Shown here piece after piece: positions 30,287-40,357 of a DNA stretch of 43,915 bases. Source of the stretch: Chrysochromulina tobinii (lineage: Eukaryota); assembly GCA_001275005.1 (NCBI GenBank), contig JWZX01002646.1, positions 1 to 43,915 on the forward strand, read 5' to 3'. Made by a program: the position numbers and the translations under genes. Every line of letters starts with the position of its first letter. Within the stretch, counting starts at the first letter, position 1. Under the pieces are notes generated by a model, which did no database searches, was not told the DNA's origin, and worked only from the letters and a program-made list of their open reading frames with translations.

Positions 30287-31855
30287 CTACCACTGCCTGC
30301 GAATCTTCCGACCGGTCTCGTCCGTCGCGCGGTGTGCCCTCGGCGATGCATCCTCCGACCAGCCTCGCCGTTCGCCCTTGCCAGCCGTTGGGGGCTCGAC
30401 GGCCCCATCGACGGCCCCTTCTAGGGGCGTGTTCGACTTCGCCGCATTAGTGGGCGCGCTGCCCGCACGCCCACTGCTTCGCTCGAGCGGCGTACCAGCG
30501 TGCTCTCCGGCGGTCAGCTGCCGGTACAGCTGCATCTCATACGGCTTCACCAGGGAGCTCACCAACCCCGGCTGCCCTCGCCGAGCGGTGCGACCCGCGC
30601 GGTGGATGAACGTGGTGACGTCCTTAGGAAGGTCGTAGTTGATTACGTGGCGCACGGACATGAAATCGAGCCCGCGATTGAGCACGTCCGAGCACACGAG
30701 GGTACGCACGTCGTCGTCGGCGAAGGCTTGGAGCGCAGAGGAGCGATCGGCTGCAGGCGTCTCACCGTGCACGAGGGCCATGCGGAGCGTCGGCATGCAC
30801 TCTCGGAGCAGCTCGTGGACCCTCTGAGCGCGGCGCGCACCCGAGCAGAAGATGATCTGGGCGCCCTCGGCTAGCCACGGGTCCCTCGCCGAGCGCTCGA
30901 GCAATCGCACGAGCTCTTGCGACTTGTCGCCGCGTACGAAATGGAAAGAGCGTTGGAGGGTGGGCACCAGCACACCGGGATGGCTCAAGTGGGCAACTCT
31001 CGGGAAGCAGGCGGCGATCGCCTCGGCATGCGCGGGCGCCATCGTCGCGCCCGTGAGTAGCGTCTGTAGCCGTGTCTTTTTCGGCAGCGCCTCCAGAAGC
31101 TCCGTGGCCTCGCGATTGATGCCGTCCGCCGCGTACAGCACTGCATCCGCCTCATCGATGGCCACCATCAGCAGCCGCTCAAGGGTCAAGTTGCCCTCCG
31201 ACAAGTGGTAGAGCAGCCTCGCGGGCGTCGCGATCACCAGCCTCAAGTCGCCGCTCCGCATCGCCATCTTCTGCGTCGTGAATTTCTCGCCATTGGTGAC
31301 CAGACCGATGACTGGAGGGTCAGGGAGCGCTGATGCGAGCTGCTGCGCCACGTGTGCCACCTGGCATGCGAGCTCACGCGAGGGCACCACGACGAGTGCC
31401 TCAGGCTGCGCCAGGAAGCGCATGCTCGCCGCGTCCTTGCCGCTACTTCGCATCGGACGCGGAGGCCGCGTGGTGTGAAGCCGCTGCAGCATGGGCAGCA
31501 AAAACATTAGCGTCTTCCCTGAGCCCGTCTGAGCGCAGATGTTTAGATCCTCGCCGTTGAGGGCTCTACGCAGCGCCTGTGCTTGCATGGCATTGGGCTT
31601 GAAAATGTTCATTTGCCAGCGGAGCGCCTCCTCGAGCTCTTGGCACACTAGGTCCTTGAACTTTGGTGTGCCACTGACCGCCTCCAGCTCCGCACGCTTG
31701 GCATCCGCGATGAGCGCGCTCCGCTGCTCCGCCTGCCGCTCCTTTGCTCGTTCGGCCTCTGCAATGTGTGCGATACGCTGCGCAGCTCGAAGCTCAGCGG
31801 CCCAGCGCGAAACTGCCGCGGACGAGCAGAACCGGCGCAAGGCTATCTGTCGCAT
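30287..31855 (-). CDS. DEAD-box RNA helicase, possibly organelle-targeted
   Basis: Q motif PNAMQ, AQTGSGKT, PSRELACQ, TPARL, IDEAD, GAT (motif III variant), RGLD and HRAGRTAR. The Arg-rich N-terminus resembles a mitochondrial presequence. Confidence 0.92.
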   Translation of the reverse strand: MRQIALRRFCSSAAVSRWAAELRAAQRIAHIAEAERAKERQAEQRSALIADAKRAELEAVSGTPKFKDLVCQELEEALRWQMNIFKPNAMQAQALRRALNGEDLNICAQTGSGKTLMFLLPMLQRLHTTRPPRPMRSSGKDAASMRFLAQPEALVVVPSRELACQVAHVAQQLASALPDPPVIGLVTNGEKFTTQKMAMRSGDLRLVIATPARLLYHLSEGNLTLERLLMVAIDEADAVLYAADGINREATELLEALPKKTRLQTLLTGATMAPAHAEAIAACFPRVAHLSHPGVLVPTLQRSFHFVRGDKSQELVRLLERSARDPWLAEGAQIIFCSGARRAQRVHELLRECMPTLRMALVHGETPAADRSSALQAFADDDVRTLVCSDVLNRGLDFMSVRHVINYDLPKDVTTFIHRAGRTARRGQPGLVSSLVKPYEMQLYRQLTAGEHAGTPLERSSGRAGSAPTNAAKSNTPLEGAVDGAVEPPTAGKGERRGWSEDASPRAHRATDETGRKIRRQW

Positions 31856-32097
31856 GTTGACCCACCCGGGTAAAAATCGACGCGACGAGTGCGTTGTGAA
31901 TCCTGTGTGAACGACAGACGCGACGGTGCCTTGTGACTTCTAACACACAACGTGACGACTTCACGAACACTGTGCTCCTGTGGAGCGGCGACTTTGGGAA
32001 ATCATTTCCGAAAGTCGAGCACTTGAAACGGATTATTTTTTGGTTCGGCGGTTTCTGAAGTTTATTTTTAGCTACGCGGGGGGACCCAGAACTCGTT

Positions 32098-35000
32098 GTG
32101 CCTGAGACCCTGCCCCTCTTCTCCGTCTTGATGTCGATGCCCAAAGGCTGGCACGACGAAGATCAAGGCCGCAGGCGCTATCCCCCCCCACGGGACTATG
32201 CGCAGGGACTCCAGCCAGACGGTCAGCCGACAGTGTTCGCACCACCCAACTGCTCGGCACGAGGGCGGGTCGGCTGCGTTGTGATGCTGCCCAGGCCGGC
32301 CCGTCCCAAGCCTGCACCAGGAGTTCGGGCTGCGCTCTTGCCGCCGGCATGCACGTTGTCCTCCGAACCGGGGTGCCTGCGCTTCCCCAAGCCGTTGGCG
32401 AGGATGGGGAACGAGCTGCTGGGCAGTGACGAAGCAGCGCTGCAGTTTGTGGGACGAAGCCTGCCGCTGCTGCCCGGGGGCAGCGCGTCCACGAGGTCGA
32501 TCGCGGCGGCGGACGTGGACGGCGACGGCGACCTCGACGTGCTGCTTGGGAACGAGGGCGTTCCCAGCCGCGTGCTGCTGAACGCGGGCGACGGCACCTT
32601 CCCGACGAGCATCGAGCTGCCTGGGGGCAATGAGGACACGTTCTCGATCGCGGCGGCGGACGTGGACGGTGACGGCGACCTCGACGTGCTGCTTGGGAAC
32701 GACGTCAGTCCCAGCCGCGTGCTGCTCAACGCGGGCGACGGCACCTTCCCGACGAGCATCGAGCTGCCCGGCGGCATCATGAACACGTATTCGATCGCGG
32801 CGGCGGACGTGGACGGCGACGGCGACCTCGACGTGCTGCTTGGGAACGACAGCAGGCCCAGCCGCGTCCTGCTCAACGCGGGCGACGGCACCTTCCCGAC
32901 GAGCATCGAGCTGCCCGGCGGCAGCGCGTACACGTTCTCGATCGCGGCGGCGGACGTGGACGGCGACGGCGACCTCGACGTGCTGCTTGGGAACAATAAG
33001 AGTCCCAGCCGCGTGCTGCTCAACGCGGGCGACGGCACCTTCCCGACGAGCATCGACCTGCCCGGGGGCAGCGCGTCCACGAGGTCGGTCGCGGCGGCGG
33101 ACGTGGACGGCGACGGCGACCTCGACGTGCTGCTTGGGAACTATGGCAGTCCCAGCCGCGTGCTGCTGAACGCGGGCGACGGCACCTTCCCGATGAGCAT
33201 CGAGCTGCCCGGTGGCATCGCATCCACGAGCTCGGTCGCGGCGGCGGACGTGGACGGCGACGGCGACCTCGACGTGCTGCTTGGGAACTATGGCAGTTCC
33301 AGAGTGCTGCTCAACGCGGGCGACGGCACCTTCCCGACGAGCATTGAGCTGCCCGGCGGCAGCGCGTCCACGTTGTCGATCGCGGCGGCGGACGTGGACG
33401 GCGACGGCGACCTCGACGTGCTGCTTGGGAACTATGGCAGTCCCAGCCGCATGCTGCTCATCGCGGGCGGTGGCACCTTCCCGACGAGCATCGAGCTGCC
33501 CGGTGGCATCGCATCCACGTTCTCGATCGCGGCGGCGGACGTGGACGGCGACGGCGACCTCGACGTGCTGCTTGGGAACGACGGCGGTCCCAGCCGCGTG
33601 CTGCTCAACGCGGGCGACGGCACCTTCCCGACGAGCATCGAGCTGCCCGGGGGCAGCGCGTCCGCGAGGTCGGTCGCGGCGGCGGACGTGGACGGCGACG
33701 GCGACCTCGACTTGCTGCTTGGAAACGACGGCGGTCCCAGCCGCGTGCTGCTGAACGTGGGCGGCGGTACCTTCCCGACGAGCATCGAGCTGCCTGGGGG
33801 CAGCGCGTCCACGAGGTCGATCGCGGCGGCGGACGTGGACGGCGACGGCGACCTCGACGTGCTGATCGGGAACTCTGGCAGTCCCAACCGCGTGCTGCTG
33901 AACGCGGGCGACGGCACCTTCCCGACGAGCATCGAGCTGCCTGGGGGCAGCGCGTCCACGAGGTCGATCGCGGCGGCGGACGTGGACGGCGACGGCGACC
34001 TCGACGTGCTGATCGGGAACTCTGGCAGTCCCAACCGCGTGCTGCTGAACGCGGGCGACGGCACCTTCCCGACGAGCATCGAGCTGCCCGGGGGCAGCGC
34101 GTCCACGAGCTCGATCGTGGCGGCGGACGTGGACGGCGACGGCGACCTCGACGTGCTGCTTGGGAACAATAACAGTCCCAGCTGCGTGCTGCTGAACGCG
34201 GGCGACGGCACCTTCCCGATGAGCATCGAGCTGCCCGGCGGCAGCACGACCACGTTGTCGATCGCGGCGGCGGACGTGGACGGCGACGGCGACCTCGACG
34301 TGCTGCTTGGGAACTATGGCAGTTCCGGCCGAGTGCTGCTGAACGCGGGCGACGGCACCTTCCCGACGAGGATCGAGCTGCCCGGTGGCAGTGAGTACAC
34401 GTTCTCGATCGCGGCGGCGGATGTGGACGGCGACGGCGACCTCGACGTGCTGCTTGGGAAGAGCCTCAGCCCAAGCCATCTGCTGCCCTTCATTAGGTGC
34501 TCTCAGCCTGGCACTGCACGCAGCCTCTTTGGCAACGGATGCGTCCGTTGCCCCGCTCCCTCCTCACGCCGAGATGACCATTTCGATGTTTGCTACGAGT
34601 GCAATGAGCACACGGAGCTGAATGTTCGCGGCGAATGCTCCCCCTGCAAGCCCGGCTACGATCGCTCCTTGGGAGGCGCCGAGTGCACTGCCTGCCCGCG
34701 CGATGAGCAGTGCCCACACGCGCCGCCGACGCCACCTGCTGCTCTGAGTGCAGCTGCGCGTGGCATGGTGGTACAACCACATGAGGTGGTAGTTCTCATG
34801 GTTGCACTTTTCGTGGTGGCCTCCATTGTTGCGCTTCTCGTGGTTCTTCTCGTGCGATTGACGCGGCTGTGTCGCAAGCGCAGACAGATGCATAAGCTGC
34901 TTGAGAAAACTGACGTGTCAATGCAAGAGCTTTCGCCCCGCCTCTCGAGTGGTTCGGGTGAAAACTCCGGCACGACAGTGCCCTCTGTGCGTTCCGACGA

Positions 35001-36276
35001 GCTGTCGCAGCTCGAGGTGGTGGACTTCTCGACGCTTACGATGGGCAGGCGGATCGGCCAAGGCGGCTTCGCGACCGTCTGGATTGCTCGGTGGCAGGGC
35101 AATGACCTCGCTATCAAGGTGCTCAACCTGGAGCATGAAAACGTCGACGCGTCAACCGCGCGTCAGGAGGTGGCCATGCTCCAGGAGGTGGCCATCCTGC
35201 GTCGCCTGCGCCACCCGTGCATCTGCCACCTCTTCGGCCACATGCAGGTCGACCAGCGTCCCGCGCTCGTCCTCGAGTACATGGCCGGCGGCTCTCTCGC
35301 CGCGTACCTCTTCAACCCAAGGTCGTCCCCCGGGGAAGCCGTCCAGGCCGGCGTCTCTTCCCTCTTGAGCGGGGGGCGCTTCTTCCGTCAACTCATCCGT
35401 CCCGTAGGCCTCAACACCGCCACAGCGCCGGTCGCGCCGCAACCGTCGCTCGCTCGCCAGCTGATGGAGCCGCCGCCACACCATCAGCCGCCACACCCAC
35501 AGCTGGCCAGCATGCTCCCGTGCGACGAGAAGATTCGCTTCGGCGTGCAGCTGGCGAGTGGGCTGTGCTTCCTCCACTCGCACGGCATCCTGCACTCCGA
35601 CGTAAAGACGGATAATGCACTGCTCGACGTGAGCCACACGGTTTGCAAGCTCTCCGACTTTGGTTTGGCGAGCCTCAGCCTGAACTACACGCGGGATCGA
35701 AACAAGGAGTACAAGGCCACAGTGGGGGGCACACTGCGTTATCTTGCGCCCGAGAGGGTGGCGGAGGTGTCGCAACGTCAGGCGCGCGAGAGCCGCGCTC
35801 GTGGCGATGGGAGTGGTGGCTACAGCGGCAGCCACAGCCTGGGCCGCGCGCTCGTCAACTTCGAGGACCGTGCGGATGTCTACGCCTTTGCGCTCTTGCT
35901 CTGGGAGCTTGCGCATCAACGCCGCTCTTTTGAGGGGATGACAGGGCTAGGAGCCTGCCGCAGCGCCTGTCGGGGGGATCGGCCAACGATCGAGCTGCCC
36001 CCGAATTACAATGCGATCGTAGCCCTCATACGTGAGTCTTGGGCGCAGCGCCCAGAGGAGCGCCCGAGCATGAGCACCGTGCTCGAGAGGCTCGAAACGT
36101 GCATGCAAGCCCTCTCGGCGACCCAAAGTGTGGCATCGACGGAGCCCTCACTTTCAGGTGGAACCTCCTCATCCAACTTTGACACCATAACCATGGCGAA
36201 TTCGGCCACGGCCAAGTTTGTTTGCGATGACTTTTTGAGTTACGTACCCGCTGACGGCGAGCACGCCGATAAATAA
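32098..36276 (+). CDS. Receptor-like kinase: 14 FG-GAP/VCBS repeats, Cys-rich stalk, TM helix and TKL-type kinase with HSD (non-RD) catalytic loop
   Basis: 14 copies of AADVDGDGDLDxLxG. CxxCP-type Cys cluster. TM VVVLMVALFVVASIVALLVVLLV followed by basic residues. Kinase motifs IGQGGFATV, AIK, HSDVKTDN, DFG and GTLRYLAPE. The true start is uncertain because the ORF begins at GTG and no clear signal peptide is visible. Confidence 0.88.
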   Translation: MPETLPLFSVLMSMPKGWHDEDQGRRRYPPPRDYAQGLQPDGQPTVFAPPNCSARGRVGCVVMLPRPARPKPAPGVRAALLPPACTLSSEPGCLRFPKPLARMGNELLGSDEAALQFVGRSLPLLPGGSASTRSIAAADVDGDGDLDVLLGNEGVPSRVLLNAGDGTFPTSIELPGGNEDTFSIAAADVDGDGDLDVLLGNDVSPSRVLLNAGDGTFPTSIELPGGIMNTYSIAAADVDGDGDLDVLLGNDSRPSRVLLNAGDGTFPTSIELPGGSAYTFSIAAADVDGDGDLDVLLGNNKSPSRVLLNAGDGTFPTSIDLPGGSASTRSVAAADVDGDGDLDVLLGNYGSPSRVLLNAGDGTFPMSIELPGGIASTSSVAAADVDGDGDLDVLLGNYGSSRVLLNAGDGTFPTSIELPGGSASTLSIAAADVDGDGDLDVLLGNYGSPSRMLLIAGGGTFPTSIELPGGIASTFSIAAADVDGDGDLDVLLGNDGGPSRVLLNAGDGTFPTSIELPGGSASARSVAAADVDGDGDLDLLLGNDGGPSRVLLNVGGGTFPTSIELPGGSASTRSIAAADVDGDGDLDVLIGNSGSPNRVLLNAGDGTFPTSIELPGGSASTRSIAAADVDGDGDLDVLIGNSGSPNRVLLNAGDGTFPTSIELPGGSASTSSIVAADVDGDGDLDVLLGNNNSPSCVLLNAGDGTFPMSIELPGGSTTTLSIAAADVDGDGDLDVLLGNYGSSGRVLLNAGDGTFPTRIELPGGSEYTFSIAAADVDGDGDLDVLLGKSLSPSHLLPFIRCSQPGTARSLFGNGCVRCPAPSSRRDDHFDVCYECNEHTELNVRGECSPCKPGYDRSLGGAECTACPRDEQCPHAPPTPPAALSAAARGMVVQPHEVVVLMVALFVVASIVALLVVLLVRLTRLCRKRRQMHKLLEKTDVSMQELSPRLSSGSGENSGTTVPSVRSDELSQLEVVDFSTLTMGRRIGQGGFATVWIARWQGNDLAIKVLNLEHENVDASTARQEVAMLQEVAILRRLRHPCICHLFGHMQVDQRPALVLEYMAGGSLAAYLFNPRSSPGEAVQAGVSSLLSGGRFFRQLIRPVGLNTATAPVAPQPSLARQLMEPPPHHQPPHPQLASMLPCDEKIRFGVQLASGLCFLHSHGILHSDVKTDNALLDVSHTVCKLSDFGLASLSLNYTRDRNKEYKATVGGTLRYLAPERVAEVSQRQARESRARGDGSGGYSGSHSLGRALVNFEDRADVYAFALLLWELAHQRRSFEGMTGLGACRSACRGDRPTIELPPNYNAIVALIRESWAQRPEERPSMSTVLERLETCMQALSATQSVASTEPSLSGGTSSSNFDTITMANSATAKFVCDDFLSYVPADGEHADK
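32470..34480 (+). repeat. 147-bp coding tandem repeat array (14 units; one has a 3-bp deletion)
   Basis: The GACGTGGAC anchor recurs at 32512, 32659 and onward to 34420. Units 10 and 11 look identical. Confidence 0.95.
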
Positions 36277-36411
36277 GCGCCGTCCCGGGCGATGCGTGCG
36301 GAATTGCGCTCCCAGAGAAACGCTGTCCCGGGCGCTTGCGGATGCGCAGAGCATGCGAGAGAGAGAGACAGAGAGAGAGAGGGCGCGCATGAGCGGGGGG
36401 GGCAGGGAGTG

Positions 36412-36494
36412 TTGGGCGCAGCGTGCAGCGGAGCGCCCGAGCAGAGCACGGTGCTCGAGAGGCTCGACACACGCATGTGAGCCTTCTCGCGGCG
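36412..36494 (+). pseudogene. Degenerate duplicate of the kinase C-terminal subdomain XI coding segment
   Basis: TTGGGCGCAGCG...GAGCGCCCGAGCA-GAGCACGGTGCTCGAGAGGCTCGA matches 36039-36120 with a 1-nt deletion. Confidence 0.75.
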
Positions 36495-36972
36495 TTACAA
36501 CAAGACTCTCTGGCAGCGGGATCGCAAGATCGTATGTCGCCGAGCCAATGTGTGCATTGAGCATTCGGGCAACGGGTCGTCCAAAGCCGTACAGGCGCGA
36601 CGCGACGACTTCGAGCCTCTGTGAAATTGTATGAGACTAGGCGGAGGCCGACCTGCCGAGGTGTTTATTTTGCGATATTTAGTGTGCTGTGTATCGTATG
36701 GCGTATGGGCCAAGCCCGCCAGCCCGGCGCCCCCGACACGCGCCGCGGCCCGACAGAGCGACAGAGGTACGGACACGGTGGAGACCCATCCCGCTCCCCC
36801 GCATGAGAGGCGCACACACAACTCTCTCACGCACACAGGTACCCCAACTTCAGGAGGGGAGGTGGCCGTTCATGAGTTCCCAGTTCGGGGGTAGACATTG
36901 CTTCGTGCTTGGGTATTTGGCCCTTGCCGCCTCGCCACGTAATCCGTTGGCAAAGGCGAGTGATTTTTCCAT

Positions 36973-37831
36973 TCATTCGTCATAGCCGCCCATGCGGGCG
37001 CGCCCCTCGCGCCTCGCACCCATGGCGAGTTGATGCTCAGACATGCCCATATGGCCGCCCATATGGCCGCCCATGCGGCCGCCCATGCCTCCGTACATGC
37101 CGCCTCCGTGGCCGTGCGCCATGCGACCGTAGCCGCCCATGCCGCCCATTTCGTTCATGCCGTTCATCCCGCCGTAGCCGCTCATGCCACCATAGCGCCC
37201 GCCCATGCCGCCCATGCTCATATGGCCGCCCATGCGGCCGCCCATGCCGCCCATGCCTCCGTACATGCCGCCTCCGCGGCCGTACGACATGCGATCGTAG
37301 CCGCCCATGCCGCCCATTTCGTTCATGCCGCGCATCCCGCCGTAGCCGCTCATGCCACCATAGCGCCCGCCCATGCCGCCCATGCCCATATGGCCGCCCA
37401 TGCTCATATGGCCGCCCATGCCCATATGGCCGCCCATGCGGCCGCCCATGCCGCCCATGCCTCCGTACATGCCGCCTCCGTTGCCGTACGACATGCGATT
37501 GTAGCCGCCCATGCCGCCCATTTCGTTCATGCCGCGCATGCCACCATGCTCATCTGCAAGAGGGAGAAGGGAAACAGGCAAAGCACACATGTTTGGTGAG
37601 GGGTGAGAGCCATGGGCGTGGGTTAGAGATTCCGATGGACGCACAGCGGCCGTAGCCGCCCATGTCGTAAGGCGAGGCGGTCTCGGTCGACGATCTTCCA
37701 TCGAATGTGAATGGGCTTGAGATTGCCATGGGAGGGGCACTGCGCGTCCGAGGTGTCGCCATGAGGCCGTGGCCCGTGAGCATTGAAGATGTAAGCGCCG
37801 CTGTCAGAGTATTGATGAGGAATGCGACCAT
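36973..37831 (-). CDS. Gly/Met/Tyr-rich repeat protein with an N-terminal targeting-like peptide; predicted exons 37831-37645 and 37553-36973 (255 aa)
   Basis: A 91-nt GTGCGT...TTGCAG intron joins MVAFLINTLTAALTSSML...DMGGYGR in frame to YEHGGMRGMNEMGG. There are three long imperfect repeats. Confidence 0.7.
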
Positions 37832-38161
37832 TTTCACGACGTTCTTAGAACACCTATGTTCTTCGATGGCCGACGAAAGAGTGCGCGTTCGAAGGATTCC
37901 CTTTTTCGGCATAACTGTGCAATCATGTCATCATTCCATGTGTGGCTTTTTCATCCTAAGAAAACACAAAACCCTTCCAAGATAAGCACGAGTGCGGGGT
38001 GTTGAGAAAATGCTCCGCTGCCATGCGGCATGCAAATTGCAAAAAAACGTTTGCTCATAGACCTGGCACTGAGCAAGACAGGAAGACCAGAAAGGGCAGG
38101 AATTGCCGCACCAGACGTTCGGAAGGCGTGCGTAAGGCGTGCGCGCCAACCTAGGGCCAGT

Positions 38162-40156
38162 ATGATTCTCCTGTACGCCATCCTTCTGCCGCTTGCAGCG
38201 GTGCAGCACGCTAATGAGATGTGCCATGCCTCGTGCTATGGCAATCGCCCCATGAGCAGTGGTGGATGCCTCAGCGGATTCTGCGGTGATGGCGCCTGCT
38301 GCAAGCAGGGGCTGACCATGCCTCCATGCGACGGCAACATGGGTTGCAATGGCTTTCAATGTTGCACTGACCTAGCCGTCATGAATGCAAAGGCCGCGGG
38401 CGCTGGTGCCGCGGGCACAGCTGCAGCTGGCACACCAGGTGCATCAATAGCGCCGGCAGCAACTCCGCCACCACTGCCGCCACTGTCCGAATGCGGAATC
38501 TTTCGCATCGAATACGAGATCGGCAGGGAGCGGCACGACGAGCTGGGCGACCAGGAGTACGAGGTGATCGTGCGCGTGGAGCCGTGGCGCCCCGCCTCCT
38601 TTGTCAAGCTCGTGTACCACCAGACCGGTCTCGAGAACGGCGTGACGCGACCCGTCGAGGTGACGCACCTCACGGGCGGCAGCGTCGAGAAGGATACGCG
38701 CGAGGATTTTCAGTCGCTCCGCCTGCAGGTGCGCACACTGCTGCTCAAGATGAGCGATGGCCTCGACGCAGAGCTCACCACGTGCCGCTTCGGAGACGTG
38801 AGCGTCGGAGCGGTGGGGCAAGTGATAGCGGCCATCGGCCTTGGCACCCTCGAGAGTTCTGCACACCAGAGCGCGGTTCACGCGCAGGGTAGCACGGAGG
38901 ACGGCGAGGACAGCAGCATCAGTGTGCAGCGCGTTCAGCAGGCCGCGGCGGCGCATCAATGCCGTTCAGGCACGCTGCGCTTCTGGACCCATGGCAGCCC
39001 GCACAAGGACATCCGCCGCATCGGCTGCCACCTGCCATACGACCCGCCTCCGCCTACACCACCGGGTCGGCCGCCGCCCCCCACGCCGCACCCGCCACCC
39101 TCAGAGCCGACGCCCCCCGCGTTCCCGCCACTCCCACCCATGGCCCCCCAGTACATGTTCTTCGCCGCCCCGCCGCCGCCGTCCGCGTGGAGGAGCGCCA
39201 CCGTAGTGACGCTCGTTGTGAGCGGCGGTATCATCAGCATCAGCCTGGTGCTGTTCCTGCTGCTCCCGTGCTGCACTCACCGGCTCGGGGGCGCTGAGGC
39301 GTTCGTGGAGCGCGCGGCGAATTCGGCCAAGATGGGGCCGTTAGGGCCGTATGGTGGTCGACGCTTGGCCGCTCACTTGGCCGCCTGGCTGCGCACCGGC
39401 GCAGCGACGGCCAAGTCGGCGCGTGTAGTATGCCACCCTCATTTGGGGCAGCATGCACCCCTCTCGTCCATTGAGAACAATGAGGGAGAAGACGACGAAG
39501 ACGACGAGATCGACGAGATCAGCTATCTGAGCGCTTCGCGGCGTGCAGCGCGACGGCACTCGACGATCACGAGCCTCTCTACTGCAATGGATGACGACGA
39601 CGACGACGACGACGAATCGCATGGAAGGTGCCAAATCAGCGCGCGCAAGTCCGGGGCGAGGGCTACTGCAGCCTCCAAGGGTGTCTCAGCGCCCAAAGTG
39701 GAAGAGTGGGATGCCGAGGTGGCAGCACCTCCAGCAGCAGCGGCGGCCAAGGTCGTGACAGCATCGAAGAAGGCGGGAGCCGAAGCGCTGGCCGCCGTGC
39801 CACCCGCCCCGTACGAAGCGATGGATGACGATTTCAGCCTGCAGCTGTTCGGCAAGCCAAAGGGCTATATAGAGCCGTTGTGGAGCTACAGAGCTGGGCA
39901 ATCTGGAGCTCATGCAAGATCGTCAGGTTCTGTGGGAGCCAGGGCAGCTGCCACACGCAGCGCTGTGCCGCCATCGACGTCTAACTCGATGGACGGCGAG
40001 ATCGATCTCGATATGCTCTTGACCCCCTCAATCGTCGGGGCTCCGTGGCAGGTTGTGAACCTTCATGTGAACCTGCCCGCGCCCAGCACCGCCTGCGCCC
40101 CGCCCATGCCTCTCTGTCACGGATCCACTCGCTTATCAAACGTCATGGATGAATGA
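38162..40156 (+). CDS. Type I membrane protein: signal peptide, Cys-rich domain, Pro-rich stalk, TM helix and acidic cytoplasmic tail
   Basis: Signal MILLYAILLPLAA (ATG at 38162). Cys module CHASC..GGCLSGFCGDGACC...CDG..GC.GFQCC. Poly-Pro stalk. TM VVTLVVSGGIISISLVLFLLL. Confidence 0.7.
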   Translation: MILLYAILLPLAAVQHANEMCHASCYGNRPMSSGGCLSGFCGDGACCKQGLTMPPCDGNMGCNGFQCCTDLAVMNAKAAGAGAAGTAAAGTPGASIAPAATPPPLPPLSECGIFRIEYEIGRERHDELGDQEYEVIVRVEPWRPASFVKLVYHQTGLENGVTRPVEVTHLTGGSVEKDTREDFQSLRLQVRTLLLKMSDGLDAELTTCRFGDVSVGAVGQVIAAIGLGTLESSAHQSAVHAQGSTEDGEDSSISVQRVQQAAAAHQCRSGTLRFWTHGSPHKDIRRIGCHLPYDPPPPTPPGRPPPPTPHPPPSEPTPPAFPPLPPMAPQYMFFAAPPPPSAWRSATVVTLVVSGGIISISLVLFLLLPCCTHRLGGAEAFVERAANSAKMGPLGPYGGRRLAAHLAAWLRTGAATAKSARVVCHPHLGQHAPLSSIENNEGEDDEDDEIDEISYLSASRRAARRHSTITSLSTAMDDDDDDDDESHGRCQISARKSGARATAASKGVSAPKVEEWDAEVAAPPAAAAAKVVTASKKAGAEALAAVPPAPYEAMDDDFSLQLFGKPKGYIEPLWSYRAGQSGAHARSSGSVGARAAATRSAVPPSTSNSMDGEIDLDMLLTPSIVGAPWQVVNLHVNLPAPSTACAPPMPLCHGSTRLSNVMDE

Positions 40157-40357
40157 GCTGACCTCGTGGTGTGTGTGACGCGGTGACGACCGGTCTCGTT
40201 TTTGAACAAACCGAAATCTCTGAGAGAAGAGTAGACCGGATTTTCGATTTTCGCATTTTGATGGCAAGCATATCAAGACAAGATCGTCGCAGCACACGGG
40301 CCAGCTGAAAGGAGCCAGCCCGAGTGCCGCGCTCGTCGCGCACTCGCGGCACTCTCG

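Noticed and set aside
32068..34479. 803-aa antisense repeat ORF (QHVEVAVAVHVRRRD)
   Set aside because: It is the shadow frame of the GC-rich FG-GAP array. The plus strand carries the recognisable domains, TM and kinase.
32470..34480. CRISPR array or diversity-generating retroelement as an explanation for the repeats
   Set aside because: The units are 147-bp in-frame coding repeats without unique spacers. There is no cas or reverse transcriptase gene and no template/variable repeat pair in the window.
8087..36276. A functional signalling cluster (PP2C, TRP channel, MAP2K, receptor kinase)
   Set aside because: These families are abundant in eukaryotic genomes and are interspersed with unrelated genes. 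Adjacency alone is not evidence of a shared pathway.
37030..37599. 189-aa His/Ala-rich plus-strand ORF and the overlapping Cys/Arg-rich ORF
   Set aside because: These are antisense readings of the Gly/Met repeats. The minus strand has a coherent leader exon and canonical splice sites.
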